In this document: one piece after another, positions 7,829-17,531 of the stretch
How the letters are laid out: each line of letters starts with the position of its first letter
How positions within the stretch are numbered: the first letter of the stretch is position 1
Origin: Opitutales bacterium
Lineage (GTDB): Bacteria > Verrucomicrobiota > Verrucomicrobiia > Opitutales > PNEW01
DNA: 32,000 nucleotides
Assembly: GCA_965219535.1 (NCBI GenBank)
Contig: CBDCNV010000001.1
Location: 180,001-212,000, forward strand
Direction: 5' to 3'
The notes under the pieces: model-generated
The model's database searches: none
What the model was told of the DNA's origin: nothing
What the model saw: the letters and a program-made list of their open reading frames with translations, nothing else
Translations under genes and position numbers: made by a program

Positions 7829-9373
7829 TCAAGCTTGTTCACCTTCTTGTTTTAATTCACTTCTCCCCCAGATAGTGATCTCCGTCGGGGCGAGGGGCGA
7901 TCGTAAAATCACGCTCATCAAATAGCCGAGGACAAAACTAATAATAAAACAAAAGGGGAAGTAATAAATAAAGTGCACATCAGTATCTTTTTGTACCCAC
8001 AGCGTGGCGGCGACCGCAACCACCGTTCCTACTAACCACCCCTTGAAATTCGCACGACGGGTAAGGATACCCAGAATAAAGAGCACGAGGATGGGCGCGG
8101 CAAAAAGCCCCAGAAACCCGCTCGCCGCTTTGAGAATCTGCTCAATCTTCGAAACAAAGCAGGCGACACCTATCGCAAAAGCACCGAGGGTAAAGGTAAG
8201 GGTACGAGCCAAATTTACATCGTGGTGTTCAGTCGCAGTTTTTCGTCTCAGTGGTTTAATAAAATCATTAACGATGACCGTAGAGAGCGAGTTAATTCCC
8301 GAATCCATACTCGACATCGCCGCGGCAAAAATGGCGGTAATTAATAACCCAGATACACCATTGGGGAGATTATTGATGATGTAAAATGGGAGCACTTTAT
8401 CCCCTTCAATCGTGGAAAGTATCTGTTCAGGGTTTACCTGATAGTAAGCATACATACCAATTCCCAGAAAGAGGAGAAGGCTGACAATAAACAGATCGTT
8501 TAATGAATTTACGAGCGTGGCCTTGGCCATACCTCCAAATGTTTTCGTCGCCATCAGCCTTTGGACCGTAACCTGGTCGGTCCCATAATCCTGCAATACC
8601 TGTAAAAAATAGGATATTGCGACCGCCAGCGCACCCATTTCATAAATATTGAGATTAAGATTGAATACATCCAGATGTCCGCTCTCCCTGGCGACTGTCA
8701 TGATGCCGGAGATACCATCGGGAACATTCATAATTAAAGAAACGGCTACCCAGATAGCACCGCCTACAAGGATAATAAATTGCAGTGCATCCGTCCATAA
8801 GACCGCGGACAGCCCCCCCAATACGGTGTAAGACGTAGCGAGTACTCCCATGATAAAAATCGCAAAAAAGAGATTGATCCCGGTCACTACCGATAGCGCC
8901 AGGGCCGGAGAATAGATCACTACCCCCAGCCACCCCAAGCGTGCGAGAACAAATAAACCAGATGTAGCGAACCGCGCGTTTCTCCCATAACGCCGGTTAA
9001 TATATTCATAGGAAGTGGTCACATTTAACCGCCGATAAAAGGGATAAAAGAGAAAAATCATCACCGGCGCTCCTATCACGCTCATGATACCTACGATAAT
9101 AAGGGAGATATTCTCCTTGTAAGCAGTTCCCGGAATTCCCATGTAAGAGGTCGCACTCGTAAGCGACGCGAACATGCTCATCGCGACGATAAACCAGGGC
9201 ATCTTGCGTCCCGCAAGGAAGTAGTCCTCGGTTGTTTTCTGTTTGCCAGCAAGCCATAGTCCGATGCCAAATATGGCCGCCAGGTAGATAAAAAAGATCG
9301 TATAATTAAGCGCGCCGAAGGCTGAAGTCTCTTCCATGCTGATTATCCAGCTGAAAACACCCGGTTGAATCAA
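7829..9373 (-). CDS. Sodium:solute symporter (SSS) family transporter
   Basis: Many hydrophobic helices and the SSS N-terminal motif YFLAGRKMPWF. The stop is 8 nt from the dehydratase start. An alternative start Met is at 9337 (MEETSAF...). Confidence 0.9.
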   Translation of the reverse strand: MIQPGVFSWIISMEETSAFGALNYTIFFIYLAAIFGIGLWLAGKQKTTEDYFLAGRKMPWFIVAMSMFASLTSATSYMGIPGTAYKENISLIIVGIMSVIGAPVMIFLFYPFYRRLNVTTSYEYINRRYGRNARFATSGLFVLARLGWLGVVIYSPALALSVVTGINLFFAIFIMGVLATSYTVLGGLSAVLWTDALQFIILVGGAIWVAVSLIMNVPDGISGIMTVARESGHLDVFNLNLNIYEMGALAVAISYFLQVLQDYGTDQVTVQRLMATKTFGGMAKATLVNSLNDLFIVSLLLFLGIGMYAYYQVNPEQILSTIEGDKVLPFYIINNLPNGVSGLLITAIFAAAMSSMDSGINSLSTVIVNDFIKPLRRKTATEHHDVNLARTLTFTLGAFAIGVACFVSKIEQILKAASGFLGLFAAPILVLFILGILTRRANFKGWLVGTVVAVAATLWVQKDTDVHFIYYFPFCFIISFVLGYLMSVILRSPLAPTEITIWGRSELKQEGEQA

Positions 9374-9447
9374 TAATATTCTTCCCGGTTATCGTTCTAC
9401 TGAGTGAACTCTAAGTATCCAGGGACTGAGTTCATGCAACCGACATT

Positions 9448-9576
9448 TCCCCTGGATTGCTTCGCTTCGTTCGCAATGACAATTAAATGAACATACAGTA
9501 TGTTTTGAATATCCTCTTTCATTTTACATTCCTATTGTCATTGCGAGGAGCAACGTGACGCGGCAATCCAGGGGGA
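9448..9576. repeat. Inverted pair of about 40-nt hairpin elements (arms 9448-9483 and 9534-9576)
   Basis: TCCCCTGGATTGC...TCGCAATGACAAT and its inverted partner ATTGTCATTGCGA...GCAATCCAGGGGGA. Each arm contains an ATTGC/GCAAT stem. The pair is intergenic, between the SSS and M81 genes. Confidence 0.65.
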
Positions 9577-9692
9577 TAGTCATTGTATTTACGAGTACCA
9601 GTCTCCGCTCAGGTCATCCAATGCGGATTCATCTCTTTATATAAGATGATATTAAAAAAATGGATATACGTCTGTGGTGCGTCGGCGACTGT

Positions 9693-11234
9693 TCACTGTT
9701 CACTGTTCACTTTCTTCCCTCCCCCATCCACACTCCACTCCATCTCTGAATCGAGGGGATAAATAGGCCGGGGAATATGAACGAAATCATAGTTTTTCAT
9801 ATTGTATGATGTCGACCCCGGACAGTCGGCACGAATGACAGCTTTGGCCACGTGCCCGTAGGTAGGGATAAAACCAACACCTGTTTTCAGGGCCACAATC
9901 TTTGCCTCAAAGGGTTCGATTCCCACCTTTCGAAAAATAGAAGGTTGAGGCCCGATGATAATGCGTTCCGTGAGGACCAGTCGGATGTTATCAATACCCA
10001 GGCAAACAGTTTTCCCCGCATCGACCGTCGGTGTGGGTGTAAATTTTCCCACATCTTCAATAATCCCATCCGTAACACATAATACCTCTCCTGTCACAGA
10101 TAAGGGTTCACTGAAACGGGTGTCACGCTTCCCCCCTACATCTAGGGTAAGGGTCGAACCAATGTCATCTTCATTGATATTCTGTACCGCTTCACGATCC
10201 GGCAGATGAGAAAGTATCAAGCCCTCCACTTTATGGCGTTGTTCAACTAAGGAATTGAGCAGTGCTGTGGTATCGCCGGGTGCGCCCCCTCCGATCGTGT
10301 CCGCTGCATCGGTAATGAGAACGGGACACCCCTCTGCCTGCGCTGCTGCCTCAACGGCGTCATCGGGCGGAAGCATGGGGTCCGGCATTACACCCTCACG
10401 CGATTCCCAAACCCGGGTGGCATGATCCCGAACAATTTCAGCGGCCAGGTTTTTATCATTGTCGGTCACGGCAACCGATGCCCAACCGAACTCGGGAACA
10501 TCCGCCCAACCAAAACTAACACATAATGAACAGGTAATCACCCCTGGTTGCGCCTCATACACTGCCAGTTGATCGAATAACTCTTTAAGCGTCCCTGAAT
10601 TAGTTCCATCATCAGGCGGTGGCATAATAAGAGGAATTTTTATCATATCCATCACCGGATTGATTTCACCTGCAAGGATGCGCAATAATAAAGACGCCCC
10701 TCTTTCTCCTGTTTCCACAACATCGATATGGGGATGCGTGCGATAAGCTACAATTACATCGGTAAGATTCACCATTTTTTGTGTTAATATGGCATGATGA
10801 TCGAGAGTACAGACCAGGGGAATTTCATCACCTAACTCCTCACGAACAATTTCCAGAAAATACCCTTCCAGATCAGGTATTTCTTTTGACGCCATGGCTC
10901 CATGCAGGGCAAATAAGAACCCGTCGAGCTCCCCGGTTTCTCGAAGCATGCGTCGTAAATTATCTTCGAGATAAGAAACAACATCAGCAGTGACATTGCC
11001 TCCGGCAAATCCTGACGCACTTATTAAAGGAAAAATCTCAATCTGCTCTTCTGACGATACCAGGACATTAAGGAACCCCGTTATCTCATCGCTTCGATCC
11101 GCTTGGTTAAGTAGTTCTTCACCGATAAGAATACCACCAACCGTATTCTGAAATTGTTCCAGTCCTGCATCAAGCGCGGAAAAGGTGTTCGCTTCATGTT
11201 CAAATCTGCATATCGCAATGCGCTTTTTTGACAT
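9693..11234 (-). CDS. M81 family metallopeptidase-like protein (MlrC / microcystinase C family)
   Basis: N-terminus RIAICRFEHEANTFS matches the MlrC N-terminal domain pattern (..F.HE.NTF). LHGAM and a long C-terminal domain are consistent with MlrC_C. Confidence 0.8.
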   Translation of the reverse strand: MSKKRIAICRFEHEANTFSALDAGLEQFQNTVGGILIGEELLNQADRSDEITGFLNVLVSSEEQIEIFPLISASGFAGGNVTADVVSYLEDNLRRMLRETGELDGFLFALHGAMASKEIPDLEGYFLEIVREELGDEIPLVCTLDHHAILTQKMVNLTDVIVAYRTHPHIDVVETGERGASLLLRILAGEINPVMDMIKIPLIMPPPDDGTNSGTLKELFDQLAVYEAQPGVITCSLCVSFGWADVPEFGWASVAVTDNDKNLAAEIVRDHATRVWESREGVMPDPMLPPDDAVEAAAQAEGCPVLITDAADTIGGGAPGDTTALLNSLVEQRHKVEGLILSHLPDREAVQNINEDDIGSTLTLDVGGKRDTRFSEPLSVTGEVLCVTDGIIEDVGKFTPTPTVDAGKTVCLGIDNIRLVLTERIIIGPQPSIFRKVGIEPFEAKIVALKTGVGFIPTYGHVAKAVIRADCPGSTSYNMKNYDFVHIPRPIYPLDSEMEWSVDGGGKKVNSEQ

Positions 11235-11265
11235 CTCTGTAATCCCTAAGGTGTGTTATAGAAAA

Positions 11266-14055
11266 TTACATTACCTTGATGTTAACTCGGTCGAGCATCG
11301 GGAAACGATCGCCATTATCGGAGATGAACATCGCTTTATATTGAAAGAAACGATCCGTTTCCGAAAGTTTAAATTCACCCGATTCTACAACCTGCCAGGG
11401 ACTTTCTTTCAATTTATCTTTTACCGCTCCGGAACGAATAACAAATTTCAATTGGGTTCCCTCCGGAATATCGGCCGCGTAACTCAGCATGCCCTTCGTT
11501 GCTTGTTCATCATAACTGAAGATCGAGGATTTATAGATCTGCCGCCATGAACGATCATAGATATGCCCCATATCCGAGTTATACATCCAATGCGGACCAT
11601 GTGTCGGAACCGTATCTATATGCGGTTTTGCAAATCGATTGCCGTCATTTAAAAAAATCTTTGATGCCGTATTGTGATTACCGTCTATGGTGTGATTCGC
11701 CACTGCCAGGTCGAGCAGACCGTCTTTATTGAAATCGGCCGCTAAGCCATCCGATCCCGAATCGTTAAAAAGATGGGTTCGCCCTCGCTTGCTGTAACCT
11801 TCCGCGCTGCCCCAAAAAAGATAACACGGTTGTTCTTCACGCGAGATATCTCCATGATAGAAGGGGAAAAACAGGTCGAGAAATCCATCGCTATCCCAAT
11901 CGGCAATGACCGGCCCGAGCGGGGTAAAACCGGGAAGCCATTGACTGTTCCATTGCTTAAAACCTTTCTCACCACCCCAAAATATAAGTGATCCTACATC
12001 ATTGTGAATGTTTACAAAATCTCGATAACAGCAGGCCACAATATCAAGCCAGCCATCGTTATTGAGGTCAGCGGTATCCAAATCTACTACCGAGGGAGCA
12101 TCTATTTTTATGGACCGATTGACGTCATATCCATCAGCGCTGCCATAAAATATTTTTACCCCTCCGTCCTGATATGAATTTGCTGCAATATCGAGCCAAC
12201 CATCCTTGTCGTAATCGGCCAGTTGAATGGAGAGCGAACGATAATTACAGGGAATGGTAACACGGCGACTGCGATCAAATCCATCTTTCCCGCCATAATA
12301 AATAATGACCTGTGAATCAGTGATTTCTTTACTTTCGGTAAACTGACCCAATACCATATCGAGATACCCGTCTTTATTTATATCAGCGACCGTGCTCGAT
12401 GCTAAATAAGACTCTGTCAAATTTGTCCTCCCTTCCAGCTCGATACCTGCAGAACTACCCCAGTAGATATTTACTCCTGCATAGGGATCATCACTGGCCT
12501 CACCGCCGGCATGCAATTCATCCAATAAAATTACATCGGTGTGCCCATCGGCATTTAAATCTGCGGCGGATGCTTCGTATCCGCTTCTCAACGGTAATTT
12601 AAAAAGGCGCTCCGTGCTGAACCCGTGCGGTCCGCCCCAATAGAGGAATGCAGGCACTTCTTCTTTTACTGATCCCCCAACACTATTGCTGAATATCAGG
12701 GACGATGGGCTCCCCTCGGTGTGAGGAACACTTAATACGCCATACGTTCCTTCGGTGGATATTCTGTTGTCCCCTAATTCAAATTCCCTGTCCCCTTTAC
12801 CGTAGTATATGATCGACTCGGTCAGATAGTCTGATGCACCCTGGTGGATAGCTAATGCTATATCGGGAATGCCATCGCGATCGAAATCACCAATCGCCGA
12901 GGATTTCTGTTTTGGCGCATCGAGACTGGTTGATCGTGAAGCAGAGAAACCCTTTTTATCTCCCCAAAGTATATGAGTCACATCAACCGACTCCTTCGCA
13001 GCCCCCGCATCTTCACCACCTCCAGCAAATTTTAATTTAAAATACGATAGGACCAGGTCCACGTAGTTGTCCCCATCTAAATCCTCTACCGCAACGTGCG
13101 ATGCGCTGAACCCCGCAATCTCAAGCGGTGATTTCCAGGTGCGCCCGCGTTTGCCAGGAACAATTATTATTTCGTCGCTACCACTTCCAATAATGAGATC
13201 CGGCAGGTCATCATTATTGCTGTCTGCAACGTTTATACTTTGGTGAAAACTCCCCGGTATCACTACCTTGGAAGACTTGGCATTGACTTCATTTTTATTC
13301 GTCGCCGTCGACCAGAATATTTCAATGTTATTATCTGATCTGAGAAGGGCTACATCGTTAGCGCCGTCCCCATCAAAATCACCGGAATCCAGGGCAATGG
13401 CATTCTCCACTCCCACATCCTGATAGCGTGTAAGAATATAACCTCTTTCTCCACCCCAAAAAACGCGAACAATTTTACCTTCTGGTTGCCCGTGCAACCA
13501 ACCCTCAGCATTCAGTGTTACGATATCTACCCAACTGTCATCATTAAGATCGGCGAGCGCAATGGCATCTACACCTTGCACTGGTAACAATCCATTACTG
13601 CGGGAAGCAGGCCATCCATCTTCACCGCCATAGATAATCGATACAAAGCGTCGGGGGTACTGTAGGCCGCTACTGCTGGGACAAAAAACCAGGTCCAGCC
13701 ATCCATCTTTATTGAGGTCGGCTGTTTCAACCTGCTTGCTCCCGTCTATCTCTAAGCGCGAGGTTTGTATTGTTCTATCTGAAGAAATCTCCGCCAGGGT
13801 GGGTTGAATAATATTCTGTCGATCGTGAGTGTGCGGGAAAAGTAAATCAATCCAGCCGTCATCATTTAAATCGAAACGATTTATGGTTCGGATCTTCCCA
13901 TCATGAGAAACATAAATATTATTGCCCGATGCATCGAGTGTCCCGTCGACAAAGTCCTCGAAACTATCTTCTACCCACGATTGGCCGAACGCATTTACAC
14001 CCGCGCATGAAATGATTAGTACCGATAAAAACAGTGTTTTTTTCATATGTTTCAT
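11266..14055 (-). CDS. Secreted FG-GAP/VCBS repeat protein (ASPIC/UnbV-like), 929 aa
   Basis: N-terminal signal sequence MKKTLFLSVLIISCAGVNAFGQ, with a possible lipobox IISC. More than 10 repeats of a Dx[DN]xDGxxD calcium-loop motif are present (DLNDDGWIDL, DLNKDGWLDL, DFDGDGANDV, DLDGDNYVDL, DFDRDGIPDI, DLNADGHTDV, DINKDGYLDM, DYDKDGWLDI, DLNNDGWLDI, DWDSDGFLDL, DFNKDGLLDL). Confidence 0.85.
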   Translation of the reverse strand: MKHMKKTLFLSVLIISCAGVNAFGQSWVEDSFEDFVDGTLDASGNNIYVSHDGKIRTINRFDLNDDGWIDLLFPHTHDRQNIIQPTLAEISSDRTIQTSRLEIDGSKQVETADLNKDGWLDLVFCPSSSGLQYPRRFVSIIYGGEDGWPASRSNGLLPVQGVDAIALADLNDDSWVDIVTLNAEGWLHGQPEGKIVRVFWGGERGYILTRYQDVGVENAIALDSGDFDGDGANDVALLRSDNNIEIFWSTATNKNEVNAKSSKVVIPGSFHQSINVADSNNDDLPDLIIGSGSDEIIIVPGKRGRTWKSPLEIAGFSASHVAVEDLDGDNYVDLVLSYFKLKFAGGGEDAGAAKESVDVTHILWGDKKGFSASRSTSLDAPKQKSSAIGDFDRDGIPDIALAIHQGASDYLTESIIYYGKGDREFELGDNRISTEGTYGVLSVPHTEGSPSSLIFSNSVGGSVKEEVPAFLYWGGPHGFSTERLFKLPLRSGYEASAADLNADGHTDVILLDELHAGGEASDDPYAGVNIYWGSSAGIELEGRTNLTESYLASSTVADINKDGYLDMVLGQFTESKEITDSQVIIYYGGKDGFDRSRRVTIPCNYRSLSIQLADYDKDGWLDIAANSYQDGGVKIFYGSADGYDVNRSIKIDAPSVVDLDTADLNNDGWLDIVACCYRDFVNIHNDVGSLIFWGGEKGFKQWNSQWLPGFTPLGPVIADWDSDGFLDLFFPFYHGDISREEQPCYLFWGSAEGYSKRGRTHLFNDSGSDGLAADFNKDGLLDLAVANHTIDGNHNTASKIFLNDGNRFAKPHIDTVPTHGPHWMYNSDMGHIYDRSWRQIYKSSIFSYDEQATKGMLSYAADIPEGTQLKFVIRSGAVKDKLKESPWQVVESGEFKLSETDRFFQYKAMFISDNGDRFPMLDRVNIKVM

Positions 14056-14189
14056 TGATTTAATTACTTCCCAGATAAATAACCGCGCCGATTTAATTCT
14101 GCCCCTTCAGTTAAAGACCTAATTTGTATTAATAGTATTCTTTCACCATGGTCCAAAAGAACTTTTGATGGCAATAACGATCTTTTATA

Positions 14190-15908
14190 TTATGCTGTGT
14201 ATCCGGATTCCCGCCAGTATTTCTCAACCCAGGGTTCTCTCAGATCTTTTCTCAATTGCTCGGCAAAAGTCTTAAGTGAAGCCGGTTCAACCGTTGAAAA
14301 CACTTGCTCCGGGTTTTCGTCCAACGGAGCGGGAACAATGATTCCCTGTAAATCGCGGCAGGCATTAAGCGATGTATCTATTTTCTCCTCGGTCAATACG
14401 CCCAGTTTCCAGTCCATGTAGAGATCAAATCCGCAACTAAAGATTATCGTGTCATCGCGATTCCCTTTCAGTCCTGATAATATCTGCTGAAATTTATCCT
14501 CGCCAATTTTTCCCTCCAATTCTTTCCATAAAGCGATTGCTTCCTCCATAAACTGAATAGCTCCCTCTTTCTGTGCCATAGCTTCTGCCTTTAATTCAGC
14601 AGTTATCGGCACCTGGCTAAAGACCATGCGTATTTTTGGATTAGACATAATTTCCGCTGCTTTTTTGGGCTCATACATATCAAGTGGTAAAGCCAGACCC
14701 ATCATACCACTCATTCGCTTATGTTGACGGTAAGGGCCACACATTCGGGAATCCAAATATTCTAAGTTGGAAAACCGGCTGTGACAGGCTGACCACAATC
14801 CGTCAAATTCGAACATTCCCCTGGCCGCTTCCGTCACTTTGTTCAGCACTTCAACGACGACCGGTGCCGACGCTTTACTAAACATCTCTTCAGCCCAGTT
14901 GAGCTTGATGGATTCGGGTTTCGCTTGGGGATCACGCATCAAACGCGAGAAGGCATACCAATTGACTAGATTCAAGGGATGGTCCCAGACTTCAGGTTGT
15001 GGAACAGCCATCAGCCAGATACCCTGCTGACCGGTCTTCACCATTTCTCTAACAGTATCACTCCATTCATTGACCATACACCAGGGAAAATCATGCGATC
15101 CTCGATATTCGCCAGCTTGTTGAAAACAAGTGTGGTAAGGCGACTGTCCCTTGGCATCAACAGTTATTGTATCAAATAGCGGATGCAAAGGCCAATGTGA
15201 GTGGAAGTCCCAGTAATTTCGTTTAAAAAAAATGTAAGTGTTATCGGGAATTTCACCCGTAAAATTATTATAGTAATACGCTTCGTGACGTTGCCCCCAG
15301 GGGTCGTCCTGGCAGGTCTCCCAGAATAGTGTTTTCCCGCGCGACTTGAGCAAGCTGGCTATATAGTGTATGGCTTCGAGCGTGCGTTCACGTCCGTTCC
15401 TGCTTTTGCTTTGCGCGCACTCACCTAACCAGGGCGCGCCATAGGTATACTCAAACTCTCCACAGCTGAATCGATGACCAGCCAGGTCGGGAATTAATTC
15501 ATAATCGCGCTCAATTCTTTTCTCCCAGAAGGCGCGTACTTCATCATTGTAAGGACACAGTTTATCCGCGGGGAGCGGGGGACCGTGCGCTTTAAAAACC
15601 GGCCAGACATAGTCGACTACTATTTCACACCACTCGCGGCGAATAAACATGCCAATCCCTTTCATCTTTAAATAAGTCGCGAAATTTCGCATCGCTTCAG
15701 GCTTATATTCGGGGTTACCTAAAACAACCATCGCGTTGAACCCCCATTCGCACACTTGATCGATGTACCGTCCCAGGGGAGTGGACGGACTCGGGTCGGT
15801 CATCTCTTCCCAGTTAAAAAGATTACCCGAATGCGTAAAGACTGTGATCCCATGTGGTGATTGCCAGGTTTCAATTACCCGCCATTTAAATGCATATTTT
15901 TCTATCAT
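14190..15908 (-). CDS. Hypothetical protein with GH67 (alpha-glucuronidase)-like catalytic-domain motif order; putative glycoside hydrolase
   Basis: Motif order recalled from GH67 enzymes: EWGFNAMVVLGN (cf. GINGVVINNVN), GEFEY, KTLFWETC, NTYIFFKRNYWDFHSHWPLHPLF (cf. [23 protein letters not shown]), QQAGEYRG (cf. QITQEYTGQ) and LVNWYAFSRLMRDPQ (cf. ANLYGFGRLAWNP). There is no signal peptide and no GH67 N-terminal domain. The ORF itself is solid; the function is tentative. Confidence 0.5.
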   Translation of the reverse strand: MIEKYAFKWRVIETWQSPHGITVFTHSGNLFNWEEMTDPSPSTPLGRYIDQVCEWGFNAMVVLGNPEYKPEAMRNFATYLKMKGIGMFIRREWCEIVVDYVWPVFKAHGPPLPADKLCPYNDEVRAFWEKRIERDYELIPDLAGHRFSCGEFEYTYGAPWLGECAQSKSRNGRERTLEAIHYIASLLKSRGKTLFWETCQDDPWGQRHEAYYYNNFTGEIPDNTYIFFKRNYWDFHSHWPLHPLFDTITVDAKGQSPYHTCFQQAGEYRGSHDFPWCMVNEWSDTVREMVKTGQQGIWLMAVPQPEVWDHPLNLVNWYAFSRLMRDPQAKPESIKLNWAEEMFSKASAPVVVEVLNKVTEAARGMFEFDGLWSACHSRFSNLEYLDSRMCGPYRQHKRMSGMMGLALPLDMYEPKKAAEIMSNPKIRMVFSQVPITAELKAEAMAQKEGAIQFMEEAIALWKELEGKIGEDKFQQILSGLKGNRDDTIIFSCGFDLYMDWKLGVLTEEKIDTSLNACRDLQGIIVPAPLDENPEQVFSTVEPASLKTFAEQLRKDLREPWVEKYWRESGYTA

Positions 15909-15985
15909 TTATACAGTTTGGATTGGACTATTCAACACAGAGGACCTGTTTATCCTTACTTAAGGATATCGGAAGATAATGCAGT

Positions 15986-17404
15986 TTAAACAAAACGTGC
16001 GTCGATATCGCCACTTAATCCGTAAAAATCAATTCGTCCATCGACATCGAGTTTATGATTATACCAATTTTTCGCTCCTCTTTCCAGGACTGTGATCGGT
16101 CGTCTAGCGATGGAAAGACGATTGATTAATTTCCGTTGTAATTGATAGGTAATATCATGGTAATCGGAATCATTAATTAAGTTATTTAATTCCCAGGGGT
16201 CTGATTTGATGTCAAAAAGTTCATCAGTCTCTTTGACGAGATTCGCAACGAATCGATAGCGTTTATCGGTAATCGCTTTGCGATAACAATTCTCAGTGAT
16301 CGCGGTGCCCCTAATTGGCTTTGGTTCATCACCAAGTATAGGTAACATGCTCCTACCTTGAGCCGTATTGGGCATAGGTAATTCGCTAAGATCACACAAA
16401 GTAGGAAACACATCCACAGACTCTACCAAGTCATCACGCTCCACACCACTACTCACCTTGGAAGGATATCTTAATATCATAGGAACACGGCAAATAGATC
16501 GATAGCTTATTCCATTACTTTTCCCATATAAACCATGCTCACCCGCGTAGTCCCCGTGATCGGATGTATAGATAATGACTGTATTGTCGAGTTGCCCTCT
16601 TTGTTCTAACCCATCAATTAATGTACCGATGGCATGATCGATTTGTGCGACTAGACCCAGGTAAGCACTTAATATTTGCCGTAGTATCCCTTCGTCAATT
16701 TTTGAGCGTCGCTTTTTTATGTGAGGACTCTCGTCGTTGCTCACCGGCGGTAATGTTACATTTTCTGGTGCAACATGAGAAGCAAAAGGTTCGCTTGGTG
16801 TGTAAGGGGCGTGCGGTCGAGCAAAGCTCACCCATCCCATCCACGGAGCAGCACTATCACCGCGATCTCCTGGTTCACCATGATTGTCGATAAATCGTAA
16901 TGTTTGTTTTACAAGAGCAGCTTCGACTGAGTGTTCATAAGGCAATTCAGATAGACCGGCATTGATATTTTGTTTGCCTGTAAATCTTCGGTTGTCATTA
17001 CGATCATATAAACCAGCACCTTCCAGATATTTGGGGTGTTCAATAAATTCGTCGTAAACAAACTGGCAATCTCGCTCAATCCAATAGCGTGGGGTATGTA
17101 ATTTTCCAAGAGCACCCGTACGGTATCCATGCTCTCGATACCATTTGAAAATACTGGTCATTCGCTGCTGCGGTTCTGGTCCATATAGTCCGTAGTATCC
17201 GTGCGTTGATGGATAAAGAGAAGAGAGATAGCTGATACGGCTAGGAGTGCAAATCGGACAATTGCTATAAGCATTTGTGAACCGTATACCTTCAGAGGCG
17301 AGTCGATCAAGATGAGGTGTCTTTACATCTGGGTGGTCGTAGGATGAAAGGCAACGAGCATTATGTTGATCACTGAAAAGGAATAGTACGTTTGGCCGTG
17401 TCAT
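15986..17404 (-). CDS. Sulfatase (S1 family, Cys-type formylglycine sulfatase)
   Basis: NVLFLFSDQH, the formylglycine motif CTPSR within CPICTPSRISYLSSLYPSTHG, and YTSDHGD. No N-terminal signal peptide is visible. Confidence 0.9.
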   Translation of the reverse strand: MTRPNVLFLFSDQHNARCLSSYDHPDVKTPHLDRLASEGIRFTNAYSNCPICTPSRISYLSSLYPSTHGYYGLYGPEPQQRMTSIFKWYREHGYRTGALGKLHTPRYWIERDCQFVYDEFIEHPKYLEGAGLYDRNDNRRFTGKQNINAGLSELPYEHSVEAALVKQTLRFIDNHGEPGDRGDSAAPWMGWVSFARPHAPYTPSEPFASHVAPENVTLPPVSNDESPHIKKRRSKIDEGILRQILSAYLGLVAQIDHAIGTLIDGLEQRGQLDNTVIIYTSDHGDYAGEHGLYGKSNGISYRSICRVPMILRYPSKVSSGVERDDLVESVDVFPTLCDLSELPMPNTAQGRSMLPILGDEPKPIRGTAITENCYRKAITDKRYRFVANLVKETDELFDIKSDPWELNNLINDSDYHDITYQLQRKLINRLSIARRPITVLERGAKNWYNHKLDVDGRIDFYGLSGDIDARFV

Positions 17405-17531
17405 TTTTTTAATAGAGGAAGTTAATTACTTAAAACTACTGTCTGTAATCCTTAAGTGGCGGATTATAACGCGAACCCACTTTATTATTACACTTGTATC
17501 ATCATACATTACTACTAAAATATGCCACCAA

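Noticed and set aside
15952-15967. Near-palindrome ATCCTTACTTAAGGAT between the sulfatase and the GH67-like gene, and the stem AAGTGG/CCACTT at about 17454-17482.
   Set aside because: These are short, isolated and have no T-tract or repeated occurrence. They could be chance, so no regulatory role is assigned.
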